A stretch of 51,307 bases of DNA from Acetobacteraceae bacterium (GCA_027483125.1 JAIXVH010000247.1:1-51307), one strand, 5' to 3'; shown: positions 12,233 to 22,851, numbered from the stretch's first letter. The notes: generated from the sequence alone by a model not told the origin. Translations and numbers: made by a program.

Positions 12233-13141
12233 TCACGATCGTTGCGATCCGGTTTCAGGATGCGCTGGCCTGCGGCCGGGCCAGACCGTCAGCAGGCCGC
12301 CGCCCAGGATGATGGCGGCGCCGAGCAGCGTCCAGCGATCGGGGATGTCGCCGAACACCATGAAGCCCGCCACCCCGGCCCAGATCAGCTGGCTGTAGGA
12401 CAGCGGCGCCAGCACCGAAGCGGGTGCCCGGACATAGGCCAGCACCAGCATGCCGTGCGACACACCGCCGAGCAGGCCGATGGCCGCCAGCAGCCCCCAA
12501 TCCGCAAGGGTCGGCGGCACCCAGACGAAGGGCAACATCAGCGTGGTCGCCAGGGTCGCAGCCAGGCCCGTATGCAGGATGGTGGTGCGCGGGTCATCAA
12601 GCGCGGCAAGCCGCCGTGTGAGAATCTGGTAGAAGGCGAACAGCACGGCCGAGCCAAGCGGCAACAGATAGGCCGGGTGCGCGGCGCCCGCACCGGTGAT
12701 GAAGGGAGGGCGAATCGCCACCAGCACGCCGGCCATGCCGAGCGCCACGCCGAACCATCGGCGGGGCCCGACCTTTTCGCGCAGCAGCAGCGCCGCCAGG
12801 GCCACGGTCAGCAGGGGGGCGGCGAAATTCACCGCCGTGGTGTCCGCCAGCGGCAGAAAAACCAGGGCCGAGGAGAATAACAGGGTGCAGCCGCACAGCA
12901 GCATGCTGCGCAGCGCCTGCAAGCCCGGCGCGCGCGACCGCCAGGCCAGCGCGCCGCCGCCACGCAGCGCGAAGAAGCCCCAGACCAGCACCGCCGAGAA
13001 CACGAACCGTGCCCAGGCCAGCTGCGGCACCGGGTAGCGGTCGGTCAGCAGCTTGAACAGCGTGTCCATGGCGACGAACAGCACCAGCGCCGCAAGCTGC
13101 AGCGCGATGCCGGTCCACAGGGTGTTGCGCAAGACGGCCAC
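12233..13141 (-). CDS. DMT/EamA family transporter
   Basis: Ten hydrophobic segments; LLREKVGPRRW, APASVLAPLSYSQL. Confidence 0.88.
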   Translation of the reverse strand: MAVLRNTLWTGIALQLAALVLFVAMDTLFKLLTDRYPVPQLAWARFVFSAVLVWGFFALRGGGALAWRSRAPGLQALRSMLLCGCTLLFSSALVFLPLADTTAVNFAAPLLTVALAALLLREKVGPRRWFGVALGMAGVLVAIRPPFITGAGAAHPAYLLPLGSAVLFAFYQILTRRLAALDDPRTTILHTGLAATLATTLMLPFVWVPPTLADWGLLAAIGLLGGVSHGMLVLAYVRAPASVLAPLSYSQLIWAGVAGFMVFGDIPDRWTLLGAAIILGGGLLTVWPGRRPAHPETGSQRS

Positions 13142-13288
13142 CGGCGCAGCATGACCATATCCCGGAGCACTGAATACCGGGCATCGCCATGCGGCAGGCG
13201 CGGGTGCCCCCGGCGCTTTTCCGCTGGCGTTTCGATCGCGACACGGCTAAGGGGTGCGCGAACAAGCCACAGGCACGTCAATGAAACG

Positions 13289-13317
13289 CCCGGACCGCAT
13301 CGCGGCCCGGGTTTTTT
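13289..13317 (+). terminator. Intrinsic terminator-like hairpin in the typA leader
   Basis: CCCGGACCGC-ATC-GCGGCCCGGG followed by TTTTTT, 33 nt before the typA ATG. Confidence 0.45.
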
Positions 13318-13350
13318 GCGGGCGCGCCAACTTCAGCCGGGATCTGCCCT

Positions 13351-15177
13351 ATGGAAATGCGCAACGTCGCCATCATCGCCCATGTCGACCATGGCAAGAC
13401 CACGCTGGTGGACCAGTTGCTGAAGCAATCCGGCACCTTCCGCGACAACCAGCAGGTCGCCGAACGCGCCATGGACCGCAACGACCTGGAGCGTGAGCGC
13501 GGGATCACCATCCTGGCCAAGTGCACCGCGGTCGATTGGCAGGGCACCAAGATCAACATCGTGGACACCCCCGGCCACGCCGATTTCGGCGGCGAGGTCG
13601 AGCGTATCCTGTCCATGGTGGATGGCGTTGTGCTGCTGGTGGACGCTGCCGAATCCGTGCTGCCGCAGACCAAGTTCGTCCTCGGCAAGGCGCTGAAGCG
13701 CGGCCTGCGCCCGATCGTGGTGGTCAACAAGGTCGACCGCCAGGACGCCCAGCCCGACCATGTCCATAACGAGATCTTCGACCTGTTCGCGAGCATGGAT
13801 GCGAATGACGAGCAGCTGGATTTCCCGATGCTCTTCGCCTCCGGCCGCCAGGGCTGGGCGGATGAGGCGCTGGACGGGCCGCGCAAGGATTTGTCGGCGC
13901 TGTTCAACCTGATCCTGCGGCATGTGCCGGCACCCAGCGTGGATGTCGAAAAGCCCTTCGCGATGAACGCGTCCATCCTGGAATATGACAACTTCCTGGG
14001 CCGCATCCTGACCGGCCGCGTGGAACAGGGTGTCGCGCGCCTGAACATGCCCGTGAAGGTGCTGCATCCCGATGGCCGGCAGATCGAGACCGGCCGCCTG
14101 ACCAAGCTGATGACCTTCCGTGGCCTGGACCGCGTGACGGTGGAAAGCGTGCAGGCGGGCGACATCATCGCCATTGCGGGCCTGGCCGATGGCACCATCC
14201 CGGACACCATCTGCGCCCCGGAAGTGGCAGCGCCCCTGCCCTCGATGCCGGTCGATCCGCCGACGCTGGCGATGACCTTCCGCGTCAATGACGGCCCGCT
14301 CGGCGGGCGCGAGGGCAAGAAGGTGACTTCGCGGCAGATTCGCGAGCGGCTGTTCCGCGAGCAGGAAGGCAATGTTGCCATCCGCGTGAAGGATTCCGAA
14401 GAAACCGACGCCTTCGAAGTGGCCGGCCGCGGTGAATTGCAGCTGGGCGTGTTGATCGAGACGATGCGCCGCGAAGGCTTCGAGCTGACCATCGGCCGCC
14501 CGCGCGTGCTGATGCAGGACAACCCCGAGACGGGCGAGCGCGAGGAACCCTTCGAGGACGTGATGGTCGATGTCGATGAAGCCTATACCGGCGTCGTCGT
14601 CGAGAAGCTGTCGCTGCGCAAGGCGGTGATGACCGATATGCGCCCCTCGGGCGCAGGCAAGACGCGGGTGTCCTTCCTGATGCCCTCGCGCGGCCTGATC
14701 GGCTACCATTCGGAATTCCTGACCGATACGCGCGGCACCGGCGTGATGAACCGCCTCTTCGCCGGCTACCAGCCCTATGCGGGCCCCATCGAGGGCCGGG
14801 TGAAGGGTTCGCTGATTTCGAACTCCGATGGCGAGGCGATCCAGTACGCGCTGTTCTACCTGCAGGAGCGCGGCACGCTGTTCGTGAACCCCGGCGACAA
14901 GGTCTATGTCGGCCTGATCCTGGGCGAGAACTCGCGCGAGAACGATCTGGAAGTGAACCCGATCAAGGAAAAGAAGCTGACCAACATCCGCGCCGCCGGC
15001 AAGGATGATGCGCTGCTGCTGATCCCGCCGCGGCGGATGAGCCTGGAGCAGGCGATGTCCTATATCGAGGATGACGAGCTGGTGGAGGTCACGCCCTCCG
15101 CCGTGCGCCTGCGCAAGCGCTACCTGGACCCGCATGAGCGCAAGAAGAACGCCCGCCGCGCCGAAGCGGTGGCGTGA
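13351..15177 (+). CDS. typA: Translational GTPase TypA/BipA
   Basis: [56 protein letters not shown]. Confidence 0.98.
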   Translation: MEMRNVAIIAHVDHGKTTLVDQLLKQSGTFRDNQQVAERAMDRNDLERERGITILAKCTAVDWQGTKINIVDTPGHADFGGEVERILSMVDGVVLLVDAAESVLPQTKFVLGKALKRGLRPIVVVNKVDRQDAQPDHVHNEIFDLFASMDANDEQLDFPMLFASGRQGWADEALDGPRKDLSALFNLILRHVPAPSVDVEKPFAMNASILEYDNFLGRILTGRVEQGVARLNMPVKVLHPDGRQIETGRLTKLMTFRGLDRVTVESVQAGDIIAIAGLADGTIPDTICAPEVAAPLPSMPVDPPTLAMTFRVNDGPLGGREGKKVTSRQIRERLFREQEGNVAIRVKDSEETDAFEVAGRGELQLGVLIETMRREGFELTIGRPRVLMQDNPETGEREEPFEDVMVDVDEAYTGVVVEKLSLRKAVMTDMRPSGAGKTRVSFLMPSRGLIGYHSEFLTDTRGTGVMNRLFAGYQPYAGPIEGRVKGSLISNSDGEAIQYALFYLQERGTLFVNPGDKVYVGLILGENSRENDLEVNPIKEKKLTNIRAAGKDDALLLIPPRRMSLEQAMSYIEDDELVEVTPSAVRLRKRYLDPHERKKNARRAEAVA

Positions 15178-15184
15178 GCCGAAA

Positions 15185-15206
15185 GGGCGGGGGATTGCCC
15201 CCGCCC
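15185..15206. terminator. Hairpin between convergent typA and tctC-like gene
   Basis: GGGCGGGGG-ATTG-CCCCCGCCC perfect 9-bp stem; TTT follows on the minus strand. Confidence 0.65.
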
Positions 15207-15222
15207 GCTGCGTTCCGGCGGT

Positions 15223-16191
15223 TCAACCCGGCCGGATGTTCCGCGCGCGGATGATGCCGCCCCATTTCGCGCTTTCGCGCTGCAGATAGGCCGCGAAATC
15301 GCCAGGCGCCCCGGCCACCGGGATGATCGCCATGGCATCCAGGCGCGGCCTTACCTCGGGCGCACGCAGGGCCGCGGCGAAGGCGGCGTTGATGCGCGTG
15401 GCCAGCGCATCGGGCAGGCCCGCGGGCCCGAACAGTGCGAAATCCGTGCTGCATTCGAATTCGGGCAGGCCGGATTCGCGCACCGTCGGCACATTGGGCG
15501 CCGATGCATGCCGCTCGCGCGCGCTGACCGCGATGGCGCGCACGGCATTGGCCCGCATCGGCTCCAGCGCCGAGACAGCATCAACGGCGCTGAACTGCAC
15601 CTCGTTCGTCATCAGCGCCTGCAGCGCGGGCGCGCCGCCGCGATAGGGCACGTGCAGCATCTCGATGCCGGCCATGGCGTTGAACAACTCCACCGCCAGA
15701 TGCGCCGAGGAGCCCGCGCCGGAGGAGGAATAGGACAACCGCCCCGGATTGGCCCTGGCATGCGCGATCAGCCCCGCCACATCGCGCACCGGCAATGCGG
15801 GGTGCACGCACATGTATTGCGGCGTGTAGGCCAACAGCCCCAGCGGCGCGAAGGCGCGGTCATTGTCGTAGGGGATGTTGTCGAGCAGATGCGGCGCCAT
15901 CGCATAGGTGGAATTGGTGCCGATCAGCAGCGTGTAGCCATCGGGCCGCGCCCGCGCGACCGACAGATGCCCCACCGTTCCCGACGCACCGGGGCGGTTA
16001 TCCACCAGGATCTGCTGGCCGGTATCGGCCGAAACCCGTTGCGCCAGCAGGCGCGAAAGCGTGTCGGTCGAACCGCCAGGCGCCCAGGGCACCACCAGGG
16101 TCACGGCGCGCGCGGGCCAGGTCTCCTGGGCCAAGGCGGGGGCGGCGAGAAGGGCAGGCAGCGCGGCCAGCGCGCGGCGTTGAATGGTCAT
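15223..16191 (-). CDS. Bug/TctC-family substrate-binding protein
   Basis: WPARAVTLVVPWAPGGSTD, NRPGASG, PDGYTL, HVPYRG. Confidence 0.92.
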   Translation of the reverse strand: MTIQRRALAALPALLAAPALAQETWPARAVTLVVPWAPGGSTDTLSRLLAQRVSADTGQQILVDNRPGASGTVGHLSVARARPDGYTLLIGTNSTYAMAPHLLDNIPYDNDRAFAPLGLLAYTPQYMCVHPALPVRDVAGLIAHARANPGRLSYSSSGAGSSAHLAVELFNAMAGIEMLHVPYRGGAPALQALMTNEVQFSAVDAVSALEPMRANAVRAIAVSARERHASAPNVPTVRESGLPEFECSTDFALFGPAGLPDALATRINAAFAAALRAPEVRPRLDAMAIIPVAGAPGDFAAYLQRESAKWGGIIRARNIRPG

Positions 16192-16212
16192 GGGTGTTTC
16201 CTCCGCCTGGAG

Positions 16213-16877
16213 TTATGCGGCGCGCGCAGCCTGGGCGGCAAGATGGGCATCGAAAGCGGCGCCGATCACCGCCGGGTCGGCCGCTTGTCCCGCGAAGATG
16301 GCAAAGCCGTCCACCGCTTGGCCGACCGACATGGCGCGGCCGGTCATGATGCGCGCGCGCGGGGCAGCAGCGCGGCCAGCGCCGCCGCGCGGCGGGCATC
16401 GGCATCGAAGATGCGCAGTTCCGGCACACCGGCCTGCACCAGCGCCCAGCCGATCGCGCGCCCGGCGCCGCCGGCACCCAGCAGCAGGGCCGGCCCGGCA
16501 CGCACCGCATCGGCCAGCCCCTGGCCGATCGCCCAGAGGAAGCCTGTGGCATCGGTGTTGTGGCCGGTGAGCCTGCCATCGGCCTCGACCTTGACCAGGT
16601 TGACCGCGGCCAGCGCGGCGGCGCCTGGCGCCAGCGCATCGAGCAAGGGCACCACCGCCTCCTTGTAGGGGAAGGTGATGTTCACACCGGCGAAGCCGAG
16701 GCGCCGGACGCCATCGAGCAGCCTTGCGAGTTCGCCCGCATCGGCGCCGGCGACCTCGATCAACTGGTAATGCGCGCGCAGGCCCGCGGCCTCGGCCGCC
16801 GCCTCCATCATCGCAGGTGCGGCGGAATGCGCGATGGGGTGGCCGATCAGCCCCAGCAGCAGGCGGCCCTCACGCAT
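16213..16877 (-). pseudogene. Shikimate/quinate dehydrogenase with internal deletion and frameshift
   Basis: N-terminal part GLIGHPIAHSAAP, NITFPYKE, GHNTD, GAGGAG stops at TGA 16344-16346; C-terminal ARIMTGRAMSVGQAVDGFAIFAG...* lies in a different frame ending TAA 16213; the NAT.GM / D.VY.P segment is absent. Confidence 0.8.
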
Positions 16878-17805
16878 GCGGCAGTCCCTGCGCCTCGACA
16901 TACAGGCTGAACAGCGATTGCGCGCCGGCCATGAACAGGCGGTTGCGGTGCGGCCCGCCGAAACACAGATTGGCGCAGCGTTCGGGCAGCGCGATATGTC
17001 CGATCGGCGCACCGGCACTGTTGAAGACGCGCACGCCATCCAACTCCGCACTGCCCATGCCCCAGCCGCACCAGAGATTGCCATGGATGTCCACGCGGAA
17101 GCCGTCCGGGGTTTCGGCAGCGCCGCAGCGCACCAGGATGCGCGGCGCGCCCAGGGCCGCCCCCTGCACTGGGAAGGCCAGGATGTCCCTGGGCTCCGCG
17201 CGTGAGGCGATGACGTAGAGCAGGCTCTCATCGGGGCTGAAGGCAAGCCCGTTCGGCCCCGCCACCTGGTCCGTCACGCGGGTGACCGCGCCGGTCTGGC
17301 CATCGATCCGGTAGACGGAGCCAGGCAATTCGGCCGGGCCGATACGGCCGATATAAGGGCTGTCCTGCGCGAAGGCGGGGTCGGTGAACCAGATCGAGCC
17401 ATCGGACTTCACCACCACATCATTGGGCGCGTTCAGTCGCTTGCCGTCGAAGCCGGCGCAGAGGACGGTCAGCTTCCCGTCAGGCTCGGTGCGCACCACG
17501 CGCAGGCCCGAATGCTCGCAGGTGATGAGCCGGCCCTGCCGGTCGCGCGTACTGCCATTGGAATGCCCGCCGCGGCGGAAGGTGGTGACGGCACCGCTCT
17601 CCTCATCCCAGCGCAGCATGCGGTCATTGGGGATGTCGGACCACACCAGGCAACGATGATCACCGAACCAGACCGGGCCTTCGCCCCAGCGCGTGCCGGT
17701 GTGCAGCCGTTCGATCGCGGCCAGCGCCACGACGTGGCGGCGGAAGGACGCATCGAGCACATGAATCGCCGGGTCAGGATAACGGGCGGAGGGCAGCCAT
17801 GTCAT
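16870..17805 (-). CDS. SMP-30/gluconolactonase family protein
   Basis: WGEGPVW, SDIPN, LNAPNDVVV, PNGLAFSPDE, PDGFRVD, ANLCFGG. Confidence 0.9.
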   Translation of the reverse strand: MTWLPSARYPDPAIHVLDASFRRHVVALAAIERLHTGTRWGEGPVWFGDHRCLVWSDIPNDRMLRWDEESGAVTTFRRGGHSNGSTRDRQGRLITCEHSGLRVVRTEPDGKLTVLCAGFDGKRLNAPNDVVVKSDGSIWFTDPAFAQDSPYIGRIGPAELPGSVYRIDGQTGAVTRVTDQVAGPNGLAFSPDESLLYVIASRAEPRDILAFPVQGAALGAPRILVRCGAAETPDGFRVDIHGNLWCGWGMGSAELDGVRVFNSAGAPIGHIALPERCANLCFGGPHRNRLFMAGAQSLFSLYVEAQGLPHA

Positions 17806-17867
17806 GCACTCCATGCTGGCATGATGGGCCGATTGCGCAATGCCGCCGCGCGGCGCCACCATGGGGC

Positions 17868-19544
17868 ATGCACATCGCCCCGCATTCCGCCCCCCAGGGC
17901 GCCGCCGCCGTCCCCGACAGCCGCGGCATGAATTTCTTCCACGCCGACCCCTGGGGTGCGGCCATGGCGCGCCACCATTTGCCGCCGGATCTGCATGCGC
18001 ATCTGGAGCCACATCTGGCAACACTCGGCGCCCTGGTCGGCGGCACGCTGGACGCGGAAGCCGCCGCCGCCGACCGCAACCCGCCGGTGCTGCACCACCG
18101 CAACCGTCGCGGCGAAGACGCGCAGCACATCGAATACCACCCCGCCTATCTGTCCATGGCCCAGCGCGCCTTCGGCGATTATGGCCTGGCCGCGATGAGC
18201 CACCGCGCAGGCGTGCTGGGCTGGCCCGCGCCCATGCCGCCGGCCGCGAAATACCTGCTGACCTTCTATTTCGTGCAGTCCGAATTCGGACTGATGTGCC
18301 CGGTCAACATGACCGACAGCCTGGCGCGCACGCTGCGCAAATTCGGCAGCCCGGAGATGGTCGCGCGCTACCTGCCGGCGCTGACCAGCACCGATATGGA
18401 CGCGCTGCGCCAGGGTGCGATGTTCATGACCGAACAGGGGGCAGGCAGCGACATTGCCAACACCGCCTTGCGCGCCGAACCCAATGCCGATGGCACCTGG
18501 GCGCTGACCGGCGACAAGTGGTTCTGTTCCAACCCCGATGCCGGCATGGCGCTGGTGCTGGCCCGGCGCGGCGATGCCCCGGGGCTGAAGGGCGTATCCC
18601 TCTTCCTGTTGCCGCGCGAATTGCCCGATGGCACGCCCAATGCCTATCGGATCGTGCGGCTGAAGGACAAGCTCGGCACACGCAGCATGGCCAGCGGCGA
18701 AGTGACGATGCACGGCGCCACCGCCTGGCTGGTGGGCGAGCCCGAGGCCGGCTTCAAGCAAATGGCCGACATGGTCAATTCCTCGCGCCTATCCAATGGC
18801 GTGCGCGCAGCAGGCATGATGCGCCGCGCCTGCGCGGAAGCGATGTTCGTCGCGCAACGCCGCATGGCCTTCGGCAAGCGCCTGGTCGATATGCCGCTGA
18901 TGCGCCGCCAACTGGTCAAGCTGATCATGCCCGCCGAACAGGCGCGCAGCCTGGTCTTCGCCGCTGCCGAACAGATGCGCCTGGCCGATGCCGGCGACCA
19001 GACCGCGCGCCGGCTTCTGCGCATCATGACGCCGCTGCTGAAATTCCGTGCCTGCCGGGATGCACGCCGCGTGGCCGGCGATGCGATGGAGATCCGCGGC
19101 GGCTGTGGCTATATCGAGGAATTCCCCGAAGCCCGCCTGTTGCGCGATACGCATCTGGGCTCCGTCTGGGAAGGCACCAGCAATATCGTGGCACTCGATG
19201 TGCTGCGCGCGGCGGCGCGCGAGGATGCGCTGGCGCCGCTGGCCGCGCACAACGCGGCACTGCTGGGCAATGACGCAGCGCCGTTCCACGCCGCCCTGGA
19301 ACGCGTGGTCGCGCTGATCAACACCGCGCAGGACAACCCGGCCCTGGCCCGCCAGGCCGCCAGCGCCCTCTATCACATCACCACCGCCGCCCTGCTGCTC
19401 GCCGAGGCCCGCGCCCTGCCCTGTCCCGCGCGCGGCGCGCTGGCCGAACTCGTGCTGCGCCACCGCCTCGCGCCGCGTGACCCGCTGGGCGCCACCGACG
19501 ACACGCCCCTCGAGGACGCGGTTATCGCGCGCGCCGCCGCGTGA
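17868..19544 (+). CDS. Acyl-CoA dehydrogenase family protein (AidB-like)
   Basis: CPVNMT, MFMTEQGAGSD, GDKWFCS, RLKDKLGTRSMASGE, GGCGYIEE, VWEGTSNI. Confidence 0.88.
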   Translation: MHIAPHSAPQGAAAVPDSRGMNFFHADPWGAAMARHHLPPDLHAHLEPHLATLGALVGGTLDAEAAAADRNPPVLHHRNRRGEDAQHIEYHPAYLSMAQRAFGDYGLAAMSHRAGVLGWPAPMPPAAKYLLTFYFVQSEFGLMCPVNMTDSLARTLRKFGSPEMVARYLPALTSTDMDALRQGAMFMTEQGAGSDIANTALRAEPNADGTWALTGDKWFCSNPDAGMALVLARRGDAPGLKGVSLFLLPRELPDGTPNAYRIVRLKDKLGTRSMASGEVTMHGATAWLVGEPEAGFKQMADMVNSSRLSNGVRAAGMMRRACAEAMFVAQRRMAFGKRLVDMPLMRRQLVKLIMPAEQARSLVFAAAEQMRLADAGDQTARRLLRIMTPLLKFRACRDARRVAGDAMEIRGGCGYIEEFPEARLLRDTHLGSVWEGTSNIVALDVLRAAAREDALAPLAAHNAALLGNDAAPFHAALERVVALINTAQDNPALARQAASALYHITTAALLLAEARALPCPARGALAELVLRHRLAPRDPLGATDDTPLEDAVIARAAA

Positions 19545-19622
19545 GCCAGTCACGCATGCCGGAATTGCCACCCATGCGCGTCGCCTCCTTGCGCAAAGCG
19601 CCCATCACCCCACACTGAGCCC

Positions 19623-20780
19623 ATGCAGGACGCCGAGGACAGGCGCATCGGCCGCCTCATCGCCTCCTTCGCGCTGACCGGCTTCGCCACCGCCATGATC
19701 GCGCGCATCACCGACCCCCTGGTGGTGGAAATCGGCGCGGAGTTTTCCGTCCACCCCGGCACGGTGGCGCTGCTGGCGAGCCTCTACGCGCTGATGTTCG
19801 CGCTGGTGCAGCCCTTCCTCGGGCCGGTGGGTGATGCCCTGGGCAAGCGGCGCGTCATCCTCGTCGCGCAGTTCGTCTTCGCGGTGTTGATCCTGGGCTG
19901 CGCGGTGGCGCCGGATTTCGGTTCGCTCGCCTGGCTGCGCGCGGCCTCGGGCGCGGCTGGCGGCGGCATCTTCCCCCTCGCACTGGCCGTCTTCGGCGAT
20001 GAGGTGCCGCTGGCCAAGCGGCAGGTCGCGGTCGGCCGCTTCATGCTGTTCAGCATCATGGGCGGCATCACCGGCGGTGTGCTGGCCGCGGTGCTGGAAC
20101 CCTGGCTCGGCTGGCGCGGTGTGCTGGCGTTTGGCGGTGCTTCGGCGGTTGCGGCATGGCTCGTCCTGCTGCTCTCCCCGCGCCCGCGTGAGGGCATGCG
20201 CCCGCTGCGGGTGGCCGATGCGCTAGCCCGCTACGGCAAGTTGCTGCGCATGCCGATGGCCAGGTTGCTCTATGGATCGGTTGCGCTGAACAGCGCGCTG
20301 GCGATCGGCCTCGCGCCGCATCTGGCGCCGTTGCTGCAAGGCTACGGCATGGACGGCACGGCCACGTCCGGCCTGGTTCTGGCGGCCTTCGGGATCGGCG
20401 GGCTGGTCTATACGCTGGTGGTCGGACGCTTGCTCGCGCGGATCGGCCAGACCGGCCTTTTGCGCCTGGGCGGAGGCATTGCCTGTGGCGGGCTGGTGCT
20501 GCTGGCCGCGACCAGCAGCCTGCCACCGCTGCTGCTCTCCGGGCTGTTGCTGGGCTGCGGTTACATGATGATCCACGGCACCATCCAGGTGCGGGCCAGC
20601 GAATTGGCGCCCGATGCCCGGGGGGCGGCGATGGCGCTGCATGCCTTCAGCTTTTTCATCGGCCAGTTCATCGGACCGGTGGTCTATGGCTGGGCAATCC
20701 CGGCGGTGGGCACGATCGTGTTCCTGTTCGCCGGGGTGGCACTGGCATGGCTTGGATGGTGGATGGCGCGGGCAAGATGA
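19623..20780 (+). CDS. MFS transporter
   Basis: Twelve hydrophobic segments; GPVGDALGKRRV motif A. Confidence 0.88.
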   Translation: MQDAEDRRIGRLIASFALTGFATAMIARITDPLVVEIGAEFSVHPGTVALLASLYALMFALVQPFLGPVGDALGKRRVILVAQFVFAVLILGCAVAPDFGSLAWLRAASGAAGGGIFPLALAVFGDEVPLAKRQVAVGRFMLFSIMGGITGGVLAAVLEPWLGWRGVLAFGGASAVAAWLVLLLSPRPREGMRPLRVADALARYGKLLRMPMARLLYGSVALNSALAIGLAPHLAPLLQGYGMDGTATSGLVLAAFGIGGLVYTLVVGRLLARIGQTGLLRLGGGIACGGLVLLAATSSLPPLLLSGLLLGCGYMMIHGTIQVRASELAPDARGAAMALHAFSFFIGQFIGPVVYGWAIPAVGTIVFLFAGVALAWLGWWMARAR

Positions 20781-20793
20781 ACGGAAATGGAAC
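20779..20793. promoter_or_regulatory. Candidate alphaproteobacterial LexA box GAAC-N7-GAAC
   Basis: GAAC-GGAAATG-GAAC at the start of the intergenic region. Confidence 0.35.
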
Positions 20794-20978
20794 ATTTGGC
20801 GCGGCCGCCAGACCGTTTACCGCGCGATTTCAGCGCTGTATCCCGATTCGCGGGAACGAATCGCTAACCGCACCCAACCACAAAGGATTGTGTGTGAAGC
20901 CTCGCGCAAGCCACAAGCGCGTTCTATCTTCGTGCCGTCGTTGCGGTGCGATTCGCAAGTGCGGGAGGTGATGAAAGC

Positions 20979-22049
20979 ATGGCGGGAGGCGCAATCGGCA
21001 AGCTGCCATGGTGGGCATGGGTGGCACCGGCCTTGGGATTGGCCTTGGCGCTCAGCAAGCTCTCACCGCTCTCGCCGCTGGGTGTGCTGATGGCGGTGCT
21101 GCTCGGCGCCTCGGTCTTCGCGTCGGTCCTGCATGCCGAGGTGGTGGCGGCGCGCGTGGGCGAACCCTACGGGACGCTGGTGTTGGCGGTCGCCATCACC
21201 GTCATCGAGACCGGGCTGATCCTCTCCCTGATGATCAGCAGCGAACAGCCTGCGCTGCTGCGCGATGCCGTGTTTGCCACGCTGATGATCGCGCTCAACG
21301 GCATCATGGGCATGGCGCTGATCCTGGGCGGTGCGCGGCATTTCGAACAGGGCTTCGCAGCCCGCGGCGCCTCGGCCTTTCTGACCGTTGTCATCACCAT
21401 CGCGACCATGGCGCTGGTGCTGCCCAATACCACGACCTCCGCGCCGGGGCCGGTTTTTGCGCCGGGGCAGATGCTGTTCGTCGTGGTCTCCTCGTTGGTG
21501 CTCTACGGCGTTTTTCTGTTCGTCATGACGGTCAGGCACCGCAATGACTTCCTGCACGGCCACGGCATCGAACCCACCGGCACGCCACCTGACAATCGCG
21601 TCACGCTGCGCGCGCTGCTGCTGCTGTGCCTGTCATTGCTGGCCGTGGTGCTGCTGGCCAAGGCCATGGCGCCGGCACTGGATGCGGGCGTGGCCCGGAT
21701 GGGCGCGCCGGCGACCGTGGTCGGCGTCGTCATCGCCGCCCTGGTGCTGATGCCCGAGGGCGTGACGGCTCTGCGCGCCGCGCGGCGCAACCAGTTGCAG
21801 ATGGCGCTGAACCTGACGCTGGGCTCCGTGCTGGCCTGCATCGGCCTGACCATCCCTGTGGTGGGGATCTGGTCGCTCATGGCGGGCAAGCCGCTGCTGC
21901 TGGGTCTCGATCCCACGGGTGTGGTGCTGCTGGCGCTGACCTTCCTGGTCAGCGCGCTGACATTGGCTACAGGGCGCACCACGGTGCTGCAGGGCGCCGT
22001 GCACCTGGTGATCTTCGCGACCTTCCTGCTGCTGAGTTTCCAGCCGTGA
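20979..22049 (+). CDS. chaA: Ca2+/H+ antiporter (ChaA/y4hA family)
   Basis: HAEVVAARVGEPYGTLVLAVAITVIE, LMPEG, LGSVLACIGLTIP, QGAVHL. Confidence 0.88.
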   Translation: MAGGAIGKLPWWAWVAPALGLALALSKLSPLSPLGVLMAVLLGASVFASVLHAEVVAARVGEPYGTLVLAVAITVIETGLILSLMISSEQPALLRDAVFATLMIALNGIMGMALILGGARHFEQGFAARGASAFLTVVITIATMALVLPNTTTSAPGPVFAPGQMLFVVVSSLVLYGVFLFVMTVRHRNDFLHGHGIEPTGTPPDNRVTLRALLLLCLSLLAVVLLAKAMAPALDAGVARMGAPATVVGVVIAALVLMPEGVTALRAARRNQLQMALNLTLGSVLACIGLTIPVVGIWSLMAGKPLLLGLDPTGVVLLALTFLVSALTLATGRTTVLQGAVHLVIFATFLLLSFQP

Positions 22050-22050
22050 T

Positions 22051-22851
22051 TCAGTGCGGCTCCCAGCTCGGCTTGCGCCGGGCGCGGAAGGCGGCAATCC
22101 CTTCATCGGCCTCGCCCGTCGCTTGCCGGGCGAAGGCCTCCGCGCCGGCCTGCGCATAGGCATCGGTGGCGACGGCGCCCAGCGCGCCGATCAGCCGCTT
22201 GGTCTCGGCCATCGCACCGGGCGCGCCCTTCAGGATATCGCTGATCACCGTGGCCAATGCGGCATCCAGCGCGGCTTCATCGGCCAGCACCTCATGCACC
22301 AGGCCGATGCCGCGCGCAGCGGCCGCGTCCAGCACCTGCGCCTGCAGCACCATGCGCTGTGCCTCGCTGCGGCCCATGCGGCGCACCAGCCAGGGCAGGA
22401 TTTGCGCGGCGACCAGCCCGCGTCGCACCTCGGGCGCGCAGAAGCGCGCGGTGGCATCGCAGATCGCGATATCGGCCGCGCAAACAAAGCCCAGGCCACC
22501 GGCGAAGACACTGCCCTGGATGCGCGCCACAACCACCTGCGGCAGGGCTGCGATGCGCGCGAAACGACGCCCCGTGGCGGTGTTGCGCTTCAGTTGCGCG
22601 GCGATTTTGTCCTCCGGCGTGACATGGTCCTCGGCCACTTCGACCAGGTCGAGGCCGGCGCAGAAATGGCCGGCAGCACCTTCCAGCACCAGCACGCGCG
22701 CGCTGCTGTCCTGCTCCAGCTCATCGAGCAGCACATCGACAGCCTGCACCAGCGCCAGGCTCATCGCATTGCGCCGATGCGGGCGGTTCAACATCGCGCG
22801 CACCACAGCACCATCACGCCGCACCAGCAGCGGGTTTTCTTCGGTCATCAT
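22051..22851 (-). CDS. Enoyl-CoA hydratase/isomerase (crotonase) family
   Basis: LNRPHRRNAM, FCAGLDL, AGGLGFVCAADI, PEVRRGL, EGIAAF. Confidence 0.9.
   Translation of the reverse strand: MMTEENPLLVRRDGAVVRAMLNRPHRRNAMSLALVQAVDVLLDELEQDSSARVLVLEGAAGHFCAGLDLVEVAEDHVTPEDKIAAQLKRNTATGRRFARIAALPQVVVARIQGSVFAGGLGFVCAADIAICDATARFCAPEVRRGLVAAQILPWLVRRMGRSEAQRMVLQAQVLDAAAARGIGLVHEVLADEAALDAALATVISDILKGAPGAMAETKRLIGALGAVATDAYAQAGAEAFARQATGEADEGIAAFRARRKPSWEPH

Noticed and set aside
16340-16365. Programmed frameshift rescuing the shikimate dehydrogenase
   Set aside because: No slippery heptamer, and essential residues are physically absent, so recoding could not restore the enzyme
20777-20971. 64-aa ORF overlapping the MFS stop (ATGA) with a CRRC motif
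   Set aside because: Codon usage is atypical (many A/T third positions) and there is no recognisable domain; more likely regulatory DNA
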